Positions 53,501-62,009 of a DNA stretch of 64,000 nucleotides are shown here, piece by piece. Numbering within the stretch: the stretch's first letter is position 1; each line of letters begins with the position of its first letter. The position numbers were made by a program, and so were the translations under genes. Source of the stretch: Oscillospiraceae bacterium (GTDB lineage Bacteria; Bacillota; Clostridia; Oscillospirales; Ruminococcaceae); the NCBI GenBank assembly GCA_031549285.1, contig JAVBPZ010000006.1, forward strand, positions 8,196 to 72,195, written 5' to 3'. Below the pieces are notes generated by a model. That model made no database searches, had not been told where the DNA came from, and was given only the letters and a program-made list of their open reading frames with translations.

Positions 53501-54806
53501 CGTTTTCCACCACCACGGCGCCTATTTCGGTTATGACATCGTTCACGGCGGACAGGCCGGTGGTTTCGATATCGAACACCACAAACGGCGTACCGGCAAT
53601 AGTGCCGGCTGCCTCCCCCGCCAGTACCGGTACCTTGTCGTCCACAAAGTAGACTTCGGCGCCGTACAGTACCTTGAAATCCGGGTTTGTCTTGCGTACC
53701 GCCTCACAGGCCAGCATCGCCTCCGGGTATGCCTGTACCACGCCGTGGTCGGTAATGGCAACGGCGGAATGACCCATGGCTGCGGCGGTGTACACTGCCT
53801 CAGCCACGTCGCACAGGCCGTCCATGGCGCTCAGCTTGGTATGCAGGTGCAGCTCTATGCGTTTTTGCGGAGCATCGTCTGTACGCGTTTTTTTGTGCAC
53901 CCGCAGCATGCCGTCCGCCCGGATAATGATATCATTCAGGTAACGGTCGAAGTTGCAGTCGCCCTTCACGATCAGCGTGTCGCCTTTTTGTACCGTGTCT
54001 ACCTTGCCAAAGCGTTCACCCGGGGCGCCCACGAACTTAATGATGGAGGAGGTTTTGTGGTCGGTGAGGAAGATGGTGATGATCTGCCGTCCGGGCACGT
54101 CGCGAATTTCCGTTTGAAACACGTCACCCCAGACGGTAATCTTGCGGCTGGCCTCGTCCAGGTCCTGTAACGGTGTGATACTAGATGGCGTGAATGGCGC
54201 GCCGTACAGCACCTCCGGTGGAGTTTCTGTGTCCAGTGCCAGGCCCTCTATCTCCGGCAGGGCTATTTTGCGTCCGCGGCTTTTGGGCGGCGGCGCTTTT
54301 TTCTGTATTTCCTCCAGTACCGCCTGTGTTTCCAGTGGCGCGGCGCCCTCTAGCGTGATGGTGGGCAGCACGCCGGTGCATTCCTCTATGCGCTGGGCCA
54401 GCGCCTGTGGGAAGCCCATGTCCGCCAGCAAACCGCAGCTGCCGGTGGTACGTATGGTGATGCTCTCCCCCACGATGTCGGCAGTAGCGCCGGACAAAAA
54501 ACCGTTCAGCGGCATGCCGACGGCGGCCAGCTGCGCGCTGAGCAAAAAAATACCCTCCGGCGTCAGGGAGGTAAACGGGAATGAGACCTGCAGGACTATT
54601 TTGTAGGCTGGGAACTGTGCGCCCAATATGTCGCACAGGCTGATTTCCTCCTGTGCAGACAGTGGCGCCGACCCAGCGCAGGAAATTTCCACACGGCGTA
54701 CTTCCTCCAGCACGCGCACACCGGTAACCGGCAGCCGCCGGGCCAAAGCAGCAAAAACAGGGGCGTCTTCCAGCGCCGGGCACAGGCCCGCCAGGGTTTG
54801 TTGCAT
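50511..54806 (-). CDS. polC: DNA polymerase III alpha subunit, PolC type (1431 aa)
   Basis: PHP, an inserted 3'-5' exonuclease (VVFDIETTGLS) and the polymerase core are present. The length is typical of PolC. Confidence 0.97.
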   Translation of the reverse strand: MQQTLAGLCPALEDAPVFAALARRLPVTGVRVLEEVRRVEISCAGSAPLSAQEEISLCDILGAQFPAYKIVLQVSFPFTSLTPEGIFLLSAQLAAVGMPLNGFLSGATADIVGESITIRTTGSCGLLADMGFPQALAQRIEECTGVLPTITLEGAAPLETQAVLEEIQKKAPPPKSRGRKIALPEIEGLALDTETPPEVLYGAPFTPSSITPLQDLDEASRKITVWGDVFQTEIRDVPGRQIITIFLTDHKTSSIIKFVGAPGERFGKVDTVQKGDTLIVKGDCNFDRYLNDIIIRADGMLRVHKKTRTDDAPQKRIELHLHTKLSAMDGLCDVAEAVYTAAAMGHSAVAITDHGVVQAYPEAMLACEAVRKTNPDFKVLYGAEVYFVDDKVPVLAGEAAGTIAGTPFVVFDIETTGLSAVNDVITEIGAVVVENGEVTGSYNTFVNPGRPLSPEIVRLTGITDDMLADAPHPDDAIREFLAFVDGRVLVAHNGHDFDMRFIRAAAHRAGIACDVPDIDTLPLAQALYPGLSSYRLDNVAKHLEIPPFQHHRATDDAKALADIFRCMLQELPQRGVEQLEKINTGLGSGRALSRYSHHLILFVQNQVGLKNLYKIISDSHIHHYAYGKNKGPRVPRSLLDKYREGLLLGSACEAGELYRAVMDGRSMDELKKIAAYYDFLEIQPLGNNEFLLRENRVESREQLEDFNRAILALGKELNLPVVATGDVHFLRPEDAVYRSILQAGMGYGDADQQAPLYFRTTDEMLAEFAYLSPEDAHAVVVENPGKVADRIDGSVRPIPKGTFVPTIEGSDVTLRETTMENARRRYGDPVPPLIAERLEKELDSIIKHGYAVLYVIAQKLVKNSEEHGYLVGSRGSVGSSAVANFAGISEVNPLPPHYLCKHCKHSEFFLDGSVASGFDLPDKPCPKCSETMLGDGNEIPFETFLGFDGDKEPDIDLNFSGEYQAQAHRYTEELFGKEYVFKAGTVSGLQDKTAFGFVKKYLEERGRVVGTAEQNRLIQGCTGVKRTTGQHPGGMVVVPSQYEITDFCPIQHPADDKGKGVITTHFEFKYLHDTLLKLDELGHDVPTLYKHLEDTTGVKMDDVPMNDPQVISLLTSTEALGVTPQELGSQTGTFGIPELGTNFVRQMLVEAQPQNFGDLIQISGLSHGTDVWSGNAQELIRAKTCSISEVIGTRDSIMTYLIHKGIEPKIAFDVMELTRRGKVAKGGFPDGVEETLLAHDVPQWYLESCRKIKYMFPKAHAVAYLIAAIRMMWFKIYHPVAFYATYFTVRGEDIDYEAAIGGKKVAKQHIANVTEKMKIEKSAKNEDVLASLQLVNEFLCRGYSFLPIHLGKSRAASYGVEDGKIRLPFMALKGVGDTAATALEDATIQGQQYLSMEELQHTTGVSSAVMESLEKAGALGSLPKSNQMSLF

Positions 54807-54827
54807 GGAATGTGCCCCCCTTTAGTC

Positions 54828-54882
<55 letters not shown>

Positions 54883-54977
54883 GCGGTCCAGCCAGGCAAG
54901 ATGTGCCCATTGGGTGTCTTGGGTGTACTTCGTCTTTGTGTTTTCCGGCACCCCCACAGCTGTGTCAACAACACAGG

Positions 54978-56036
54978 CTACAGCTTTTCTATCTCCGCCA
55001 GCAGCTCCTCCACATAGTTCCCATGCAAGGTACGCACCTGTTGTCCGTTTATAAACAGCACCGCGCTGTCCTGCCCGCCGGCTATGCCTATGTCGGCTTC
55101 TTTTCCTTCGCCTATGCCGGTCACCACGCAGCCCATGACCGCCACAGTAAGCTGCTTGCTGCTGCCCGCCAGGCGTTTTTCCACCTCGGCGGCTATGTCC
55201 GCCACCGGAATGTTGGTGCGCCCACAGGTGGGGCAGCTGATGACCGTGGGCCCCGTCACAGGGTACCCCGCCGCCCGCAAAATGTCATACCCGGCCTGCA
55301 CCTCGGTTTCCGGCTCGTCGGTCAGCGAAACCCGCAGCGTGTCGCCAATGCCGTCCAATAACAGGCTGCCGATGCCCATGGCGTTCTTCACAAGGCCGGT
55401 GCGATAGGTGCCGGCCTCGGTGACGCCCAGGTGCAGCGGATAGGCGCAAACTTCGCTCAGCAGGCGGTACGCCCGCACCGTCACCGGTACGCTGCTGCTT
55501 TTCAGCGATACCACAATATCCGTAAAATCCACCTGTTCCAGCAGGCGCACATGCGACAACGCACTTTCACACAGTGCCTCCGGCGTGGGACCGCCATACT
55601 TTGCCAGCAGGTCCTTTTCCAGACTGCCGCCGTTTACCCCCACGCGGATGGGCACGCCGTTTGCCCGGCAGGCGTCCGCCACCGCTTTCACACGGTCCGC
55701 CCCGCCGATGTTGCCGGGGTTCAGGCGGATTTTGTCCACCCCCGCGTCCACCGCGGCCAGCGCAATGCGCCAGTCGAAATGAATATCCGCCACCAGCGGA
55801 ATGGACACCGCCGCCTTGATGGCGGGAATCAGCGCCACCGCGGCCATGTCCGGCACGCTGACCCGTAAAATGGCACAGCCGGCTTTTTCCAGGGATACCG
55901 CCTGCCGCACGTTGGCGTCTATGTCCGCCGCGGGCTTGGACAGCATGCTTTGCACCGCCACCGGGTTTCCTCCGCCGATGGCGACGCTGCCAAGATGCAC
56001 CACGCGGGTGGTTTTGTTGGTATAGGCTGGGTTCAT
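54978..56036 (-). CDS. ispG: 4-hydroxy-3-methylbut-2-en-1-yl diphosphate synthase
   Basis: The sequence contains IGGGNPVAVQSM and VISCPTCGRT (Fe-S). Confidence 0.95.
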   Translation of the reverse strand: MNPAYTNKTTRVVHLGSVAIGGGNPVAVQSMLSKPAADIDANVRQAVSLEKAGCAILRVSVPDMAAVALIPAIKAAVSIPLVADIHFDWRIALAAVDAGVDKIRLNPGNIGGADRVKAVADACRANGVPIRVGVNGGSLEKDLLAKYGGPTPEALCESALSHVRLLEQVDFTDIVVSLKSSSVPVTVRAYRLLSEVCAYPLHLGVTEAGTYRTGLVKNAMGIGSLLLDGIGDTLRVSLTDEPETEVQAGYDILRAAGYPVTGPTVISCPTCGRTNIPVADIAAEVEKRLAGSSKQLTVAVMGCVVTGIGEGKEADIGIAGGQDSAVLFINGQQVRTLHGNYVEELLAEIEKL

Positions 56037-56152
56037 GGGTGTGCCTTTCTCCGCGCTGTGTTTCCGTTTTTTTGCATTTTTTGAAGCGTTGCCGCCCCGT
56101 CACAAATATTTATCACGGATGCAAACAGCAAGCAATAGTAACTGCTTGCCCG

Positions 56153-57196
56153 CTAAAATAACCGCACAATGTCATTGAACGATACCACCAGCATAAGCAA
56201 CATTAGCAGCGAAAAGCCCACCACGTTTATGGCAATCTCGGCCTTTTTCGGAATGGGCTTGCGGCGGATGCCCTCCACCACCAGCAGCACTGTGCGCCCG
56301 CCGTCCAGCGCGGGCAACGGCAGCATGTTCACAATGCCCAGGTTAATGGAAATGAGCGCCAACATCTGTACCACCGGTTTCCAGCCGATGGCCAGCGCCT
56401 TGCCGATACCGGAAACTATTCCCACTGGGCCGGACAACTGGTTCAGTGCCACCCGCCCGGCAATCAGGTCAAACAGGGAAAGATAGATGAGCCGTCCATA
56501 GGACAGCGATGTGTTTAACGCCGTGGACATGACCGACCCAAAACTGCGCGGCACGCCCTCCACGTAAAAGTCCGGCTGCATGATACGTACCGTTTCCCCG
56601 GTGTCTTCATCCACCACCTCTTCCATGGAGAAAACCACGCCTTCCAGCAGCACTTTTTCGCCATCGCGAATGACCTCTAAATCCACAGATTCTTCCGGAA
56701 TGCGCGCAAATTCGTAGCTAAGGTCATCCACCGTAAAGCAATACCGCCCGTTTACCGAGACAATGGTGTCCCCTACCTGCAGGCCGGACGCCTGGGTAGA
56801 AGCATCCGGCATAAACTCCGCCACCGTGCGGGTGCGAATGTTGCCGCCGAAGGACAGCAGCACCACCACCGCCAAAAAACCCAGCACCAGGTTCATGATG
56901 GCGCCAGAAATGGTGACCAGCACCCGCTTCCACACCGCCACCTTGCCAAAGCTGTGCGCGTCGTCGCTTTCCTCGTCCTCGCCCTCCATGCTGACAAACC
57001 CGCCGATGGGCAAGATGCGCAAGGCATATATGGTTTCCCCGCGGTTTATTTTAAAGACGGTGGGCCCCATGCCAATGGCAAACTCGTTTACCTTGATGCC
57101 GCAGCGTTTGGCCACCATGAAATGGCCCAGCTCATGAAACAGGATGACCAGGCCGAATATAAGGATGGAAACAACAATCATTAAAAAAATGCTCAT
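56153..57196 (-). CDS. rseP: RIP metalloprotease RseP/RasP (M50, site-2 protease)
   Basis: HELGHF, a PDZ segment and the NLLPLPALDGG-type motif (NMLPLPALDGG) are present. Confidence 0.93.
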   Translation of the reverse strand: MSIFLMIVVSILIFGLVILFHELGHFMVAKRCGIKVNEFAIGMGPTVFKINRGETIYALRILPIGGFVSMEGEDEESDDAHSFGKVAVWKRVLVTISGAIMNLVLGFLAVVVLLSFGGNIRTRTVAEFMPDASTQASGLQVGDTIVSVNGRYCFTVDDLSYEFARIPEESVDLEVIRDGEKVLLEGVVFSMEEVVDEDTGETVRIMQPDFYVEGVPRSFGSVMSTALNTSLSYGRLIYLSLFDLIAGRVALNQLSGPVGIVSGIGKALAIGWKPVVQMLALISINLGIVNMLPLPALDGGRTVLLVVEGIRRKPIPKKAEIAINVVGFSLLMLLMLVVSFNDIVRLF

Positions 57197-57328
57197 GAAG
57201 GATCCCTTTCAACAATGGAGCAGTTTTGTATAGTGTGAATAGCGGAGATGCCCCGGACGCTGGCGACGGGGCTTGGCAGAAACATGGTGAATATTTGTGA
57301 GCTAATACAGCGGGTGGCGCCAGGCACG

Positions 57329-58480
57329 CTACAGGTGTTCCCGCACATACCGCCGCGCGGCCGCGTCGCACGCGTACACATCGTCCAGGCTGTAGCCGCC
57401 GGTAAAGGTATCGCTGTCCACGCACCCCTCCACCAGGCGGCCGATGTCCAGAAAAGAGATTTTTTCAGCCAGGAACAGCGCCACGGCTTCCTCGTTTGCG
57501 CCGTTGGCCGCACAAGGAGCCAGGCCGCCTTTCGCTGCCGCCTTTTGGCAAGCCGCCAAACAGCGAAAGGTCTCGGCATCCGGCTGCGCGAAGGACAGCT
57601 GGGAAATCTTTGAAAAATCCAGCGGTGTGGCAATGCCGGCGGTGCGGCGCGGCCAGGTCAGCGCGTATTGGATGGGAATGCGCATATCGGCGCTGCCCAG
57701 CTGTGCCAGAATAGACCGGTCGTTGAACTGCACCATGGAATGAATGATGCTTTCGCGCTGGACAACAATCTCAATATTCTCTGGTGGCATGCCAAACAAC
57801 CACATTGCTTCGATCAATTCCAGCCCTTTGTTCATCATAGTGGCAGAGTCGATGGTGATTTTTTCACCCATTTGCCAGTTTGGATGACGCAGCGCCTGGG
57901 CTTTTGTCACCTTGCGCAACTTCGCCGCGGTACAGCCAAAAAACGGCCCACCGGATGCGGTTAGAATTATTTTTTCCAGCGCGTCGGCAGACCCGTCGTC
58001 CTGCAGGCACTGGAAAATGGCGGAGTGCTCGCTGTCCACCGGCAGCAGTGCCGCGCCTTTCGCAGTCATTTCGGCGGCCACCAGCGCGCCGCCGGCCACC
58101 AGGCTTTCCTTGTTTGCCAGTGCCACGTCCATGCCGGCGGCCAGCGCGGTCAGCGTGGCGTCCAGCCCCGCTATGCCCACAATGGCATTCAGTAAAATAT
58201 CGGCATCACATTCCGCAGCTGCCAGTCGTGCGGCCGCCGTGCCGGAAAAAATGCGTGGCGGATGCGACAGCCCGGTCAGCATACCCCGCAGTTTTTCGGC
58301 AGCGTTTTCGTCGGTAACTGCCACGATAGGCGGTGTAAAGGCATGTACCTGTTCGGCCAGCAAATCGACGTTTCTGTGTGCAGAAAGCGCGACAACGCTG
58401 TAACCCAGGGCGGAAATAACCTCCAGCGCCTGCGTACCGATGGACCCGGTGCTGCCCAGCACCGCTACCCGTTTTGCCAC
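57329..58480 (-). CDS. dxr: 1-deoxy-D-xylulose 5-phosphate reductoisomerase
   Basis: The sequence contains VLGSTGSIGTQALEV, LANKESLV and DSEHSAIFQCL. Confidence 0.96.
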   Translation of the reverse strand: MAKRVAVLGSTGSIGTQALEVISALGYSVVALSAHRNVDLLAEQVHAFTPPIVAVTDENAAEKLRGMLTGLSHPPRIFSGTAAARLAAAECDADILLNAIVGIAGLDATLTALAAGMDVALANKESLVAGGALVAAEMTAKGAALLPVDSEHSAIFQCLQDDGSADALEKIILTASGGPFFGCTAAKLRKVTKAQALRHPNWQMGEKITIDSATMMNKGLELIEAMWLFGMPPENIEIVVQRESIIHSMVQFNDRSILAQLGSADMRIPIQYALTWPRRTAGIATPLDFSKISQLSFAQPDAETFRCLAACQKAAAKGGLAPCAANGANEEAVALFLAEKISFLDIGRLVEGCVDSDTFTGGYSLDDVYACDAAARRYVREHL

Positions 58481-58602
58481 GGCGCACCGCCTCCTTTGAA
58501 TAGGTCTTGTAATAGTAGGGATTTACCCGTAAAGCTTTACTTGTGTTGTGGATGTGCCCTGACGACTGCCAACTCTCCGGCTGGGCTGGGCACAAAAGAC
58601 GC

Positions 58603-59466
58603 TTACAGTTTCAGCCGGTAGAACACGCTGGTCACCACCATGGTTACCAGCGGCGCAATGAACAACACGCTGTCGAACCGGTCCAAAATACCGCCGTGCC
58701 CCGGAAAAATGGTGCCGTAATCTTTTATATTGCACTGGCGCTTCACCGCGGAGGCAAACAAATCGCCAATGATACCCAGCACCGAGGCCACCGCGCCCAG
58801 CAGCACAATCAGGAAATAATACACGATGCGCACCCGCTCGAACGGCAGGAACCGGCCAAACACCTGAATGTACACGATGCTGACCAGCAGCCCCACCACA
58901 ATGCTGCCAATAACGCCGCCAATGGCGCCCTCAATGGTTTTATGCGGGCTGATGATGGGGGCCAGCTTGTGCTTGCCAAAGGCACGCCCGGCGAAGTATG
59001 CCGCAGTGTCCCCGCCCCAGGCAAAGGCGAAAATAAGCAGGACAAAGTATATGGCGTCGTAACCGTAGGTTTCGTTCGGCAGAATGGTCTTCAGGTTAAT
59101 AAACGAATAAAAGCAGAACACGATGATGGCGGAGAAAATGGTCATACCAGAGAGCTTTGCAAAATTTACGGCATCAAACCGGATGATCAGGCACAGCACC
59201 AGATACAAAACAAACACATAGCCCGCGGGCTTTAGCCAGTGCTGCACCGAGATATAGTCGCTGAGCATAATGAGCACCGTAATGGGGACAAACCCGGCGA
59301 AAATATACCAGCTGCGTTTGCCAAACTGAAACGCGTTGTACACCTCGTGAATGGCGATGAGCGACACGCCCGCGAACAGGATATTCACGAAGATACTGCT
59401 GTAAAAAAACAGCACCACGCCCAAAAGCGCCAGCCCTACGACAGAGGTAATCACCCTGGTTTTCAT
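58603..59466 (-). CDS. cdsA: phosphatidate cytidylyltransferase
   Basis: The C-terminal signature reads SAVKRQCNIKDYGTIFPGHGGILDRFDS. Confidence 0.93.
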   Translation of the reverse strand: MKTRVITSVVGLALLGVVLFFYSSIFVNILFAGVSLIAIHEVYNAFQFGKRSWYIFAGFVPITVLIMLSDYISVQHWLKPAGYVFVLYLVLCLIIRFDAVNFAKLSGMTIFSAIIVFCFYSFINLKTILPNETYGYDAIYFVLLIFAFAWGGDTAAYFAGRAFGKHKLAPIISPHKTIEGAIGGVIGSIVVGLLVSIVYIQVFGRFLPFERVRIVYYFLIVLLGAVASVLGIIGDLFASAVKRQCNIKDYGTIFPGHGGILDRFDSVLFIAPLVTMVVTSVFYRLKL

Positions 59467-59567
59467 CGCTGTCCCCTTTTATGAAAATGTTTTCTTTCAC
59501 TTTGGTAAAACGGAATGCGCGCTGCGCGGCGTTTGGGTCCCGGTTGCGGCTGCCACGCGCATCCGCA

Positions 59568-60278
59568 TTAAATGCCCCCGAACCGGCGGTTGCGGCTTTG
59601 GTACTCCTGTATGGCGGCATCGAAGTCCTTGCGGGTGAACGCCGGCCAGTGCACATCGGTGAAGATGAACTCGGAATACGCGCACTGCCACAGCAGAAAG
59701 TTGGAAATGCGTTTTTCGCCAGAGGTGCGAATAATCAGGTCCGGTTCCGGCTGGCCGTGTGTGTACAGCAGGGACTCTATGGCCAACATGTCCACGGTAT
59801 CGCTGCTGCGCTCGCCGCGCTCCACCTGCTGCGCCAGCATATGCGCGGCCCGGGCAATTTCCTGCCGGCCACCATAGTTCACCGCGACGTTTAAAATCAT
59901 GCCAGGATGGTCTGCGGTCTCGCTTTCTATTTCGTCCATCATACGGCGGTATTCCGGCAGCAGCGGCGCTCTGTCCCCTAAAAACACCACCTTATTGTCT
60001 TCCTTACGGTATTTATACAGGCGTTTCAGGCTTTGGCCAAACAGGTCCATGATGGTATCAAGCTCTTCCTTTGGCCGGGACCAGTTCTCGGTGGAAAAAG
60101 CATAATAGGTGATAGCCGCAACGCCTAAGTCCCGCGCATAGTGCGAAATATCATCGAACACATCGGCGCCTTTTTTGTGGCCGGCGGTGCGTGGCAGGCC
60201 GCGCTGCTGGGCCCAGCGGCCGTTTCCGTCCATAATAATGCCTATCGACAGGCCCTTTGCCCGTATTTCCGCCGCCAT
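59568..60278 (-). CDS. uppS: isoprenyl transferase (undecaprenyl diphosphate synthase)
   Basis: The sequence contains IIMDGNGRWA, FSTENWSRP and RTSGEKRISNFLLWQ. Confidence 0.96.
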   Translation of the reverse strand: MAAEIRAKGLSIGIIMDGNGRWAQQRGLPRTAGHKKGADVFDDISHYARDLGVAAITYYAFSTENWSRPKEELDTIMDLFGQSLKRLYKYRKEDNKVVFLGDRAPLLPEYRRMMDEIESETADHPGMILNVAVNYGGRQEIARAAHMLAQQVERGERSSDTVDMLAIESLLYTHGQPEPDLIIRTSGEKRISNFLLWQCAYSEFIFTDVHWPAFTRKDFDAAIQEYQSRNRRFGGI

Positions 60279-60435
60279 ATGTCCGCACCGCCTTCCCGGG
60301 GCATTGTTGCCGTGCCCCCTGCAACAAAAGAAGTCATTCTTTCAAACAAATGCCGCGCATTCGCGCGGCGATGGATATTTTGTTCCTCACGCTCCCCTTG
60401 CGGGAAGCACAACCCGGCACGCCTGTCCCTATGTT

Positions 60436-60993
60436 CTAAATCTCCATGATCTCTTTGTTCTTGCCTTCGCACATTTGGTCTATCTCTTTGGTTTTTTTAT
60501 CGGTCAGCTTTTGGATCTCATTTTCCAGATCCTTCAAATCATCCTCGGTAATCTCACTCTTTTTCTTCTGCGCCTTATACACTTCCATGGCGTCCCGGCG
60601 CACGTTACGCACCGCTATTTTGGCTTCCTCGCCCAGCTTCAGCACCTCTTTGCCCAGCTGTTTGCGGCGTTCCTCGGTTGGCGAGGGGAACACCAGGCGC
60701 ATCACCTTGCCGTCGTTGGTGGGGTTTATACCAATGTCTGAGGTTAAAATTGCCTTTTCAATGGCTTTCATTAAGGAAGCATCCCACGGCGCAATGGTCA
60801 GAATGCGCGCCTCGGCCACCGCGACAGCGGCCACCTGCTGGATGGGCGTGGGGGTGCCATAATAATCCACCACAACCTTTTCCAGTACCGCGGGGTTTGC
60901 CCGCCCGGCGCGTATGGCGCCCAGCTCCTTGTCTAAATGGCGCAGTGCCTTGTCCATTTTCTCCGCATATGGTGCTACCGATTCGCTCTGCAT
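60436..60993 (-). CDS. frr: ribosome recycling factor
   Basis: The sequence reads LGAIRAGRANPAVLEKVVVDYYGTPTPI...RNVRRDA. Confidence 0.96.
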   Translation of the reverse strand: MQSESVAPYAEKMDKALRHLDKELGAIRAGRANPAVLEKVVVDYYGTPTPIQQVAAVAVAEARILTIAPWDASLMKAIEKAILTSDIGINPTNDGKVMRLVFPSPTEERRKQLGKEVLKLGEEAKIAVRNVRRDAMEVYKAQKKKSEITEDDLKDLENEIQKLTDKKTKEIDQMCEGKNKEIMEI

Positions 60994-61083
60994 ACTTCCC
61001 TCTCCTTTTTTGAACTGTTATGGCGATGCCTCGCTCTGGTTCCATTGAAAGCAAGAAAAGCACAGGAGTATAACACGTATATG

Positions 61084-61791
61084 TTAATTGTGCACCAGTG
61101 TGCCGATGTCCGCGCCCAACGCCGCCTTTGCGATGTGCCCGGGGTTCAGGATATCAAACACCAAAATAGGCAGGTTGTTGTCCCGGCACATGGTGGCGGC
61201 GGTGGAGTCCATCACCTTCAGGTCCTTGGTCAGCACCTCGGTAAAGGTCAGCTCCTCGTACCGGCGGGCGTCCGGGAACAGTTTTGGGTCCTTGTCATAC
61301 ACACCGTCCACCATGGTAGCCTTAAAGATAATGTCGGCGTTTATCTCCGCCCCGCGCAGGGCGCTGGCGGTATCGGTGGAGAAGTACGGGTTGCCGGTGC
61401 CACAGGCCAAAATGACGATGCGGCCCTTTTCCATGTGACGGATAGCGCGGTTGCGGATATACGGTTCCGCAATGGCCTGCATGGTAATGGCGGTCTGCAC
61501 ACGTACCCCCAGGCCCATGCCCTCCAGTGTGTCGGCAACCGCCAGCGAGTTCATGGTGGTGGCCAGCATGCCTATCTGGTCCGAGCGGGTGCGCTCTATC
61601 TCCTGGCTGCTGCGCCCACGCCAAAAGTTACCGCCGCCCACCACAATCGCAATTTCCACACCCAGCGCGTGTGCCTCTTTTATGCCGGTACAAATACTGC
61701 GTACCGTGTCCATCTCCAGGCCAAACCCCTGCCCCCCGGCCAACGCCTCCCCAGAGAGCTTCAAGAGCACGCGCTTATACTGTATATCCAT
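61084..61791 (-). CDS. pyrH: UMP kinase
   Basis: The start is MDIQYKRVLLKLSGEAL, followed by VVGGGNFWRG. Confidence 0.95.
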   Translation of the reverse strand: MDIQYKRVLLKLSGEALAGGQGFGLEMDTVRSICTGIKEAHALGVEIAIVVGGGNFWRGRSSQEIERTRSDQIGMLATTMNSLAVADTLEGMGLGVRVQTAITMQAIAEPYIRNRAIRHMEKGRIVILACGTGNPYFSTDTASALRGAEINADIIFKATMVDGVYDKDPKLFPDARRYEELTFTEVLTKDLKVMDSTAATMCRDNNLPILVFDILNPGHIAKAALGADIGTLVHN

Positions 61792-62009
61792 ACCCCACCG
61801 CCTATTCAATCTTCTCTTATTTTACAATAGTTCCCCTTTAAAGTAAAGGCAAAAAGGGCAAGCAGACGAAAAGCGAGCGGGCGCGGTGACTGGCTATGCT
61901 TCCCGGTGAAAATTGTGCCAATATAGCCGTCCCAAAAGCGCCGCAGATGCTGTAACCCCGGGCGAAAAAACACCGGCGTTCCTCAAACAGGAGCGCCGGT
62001 GGAGAAAGA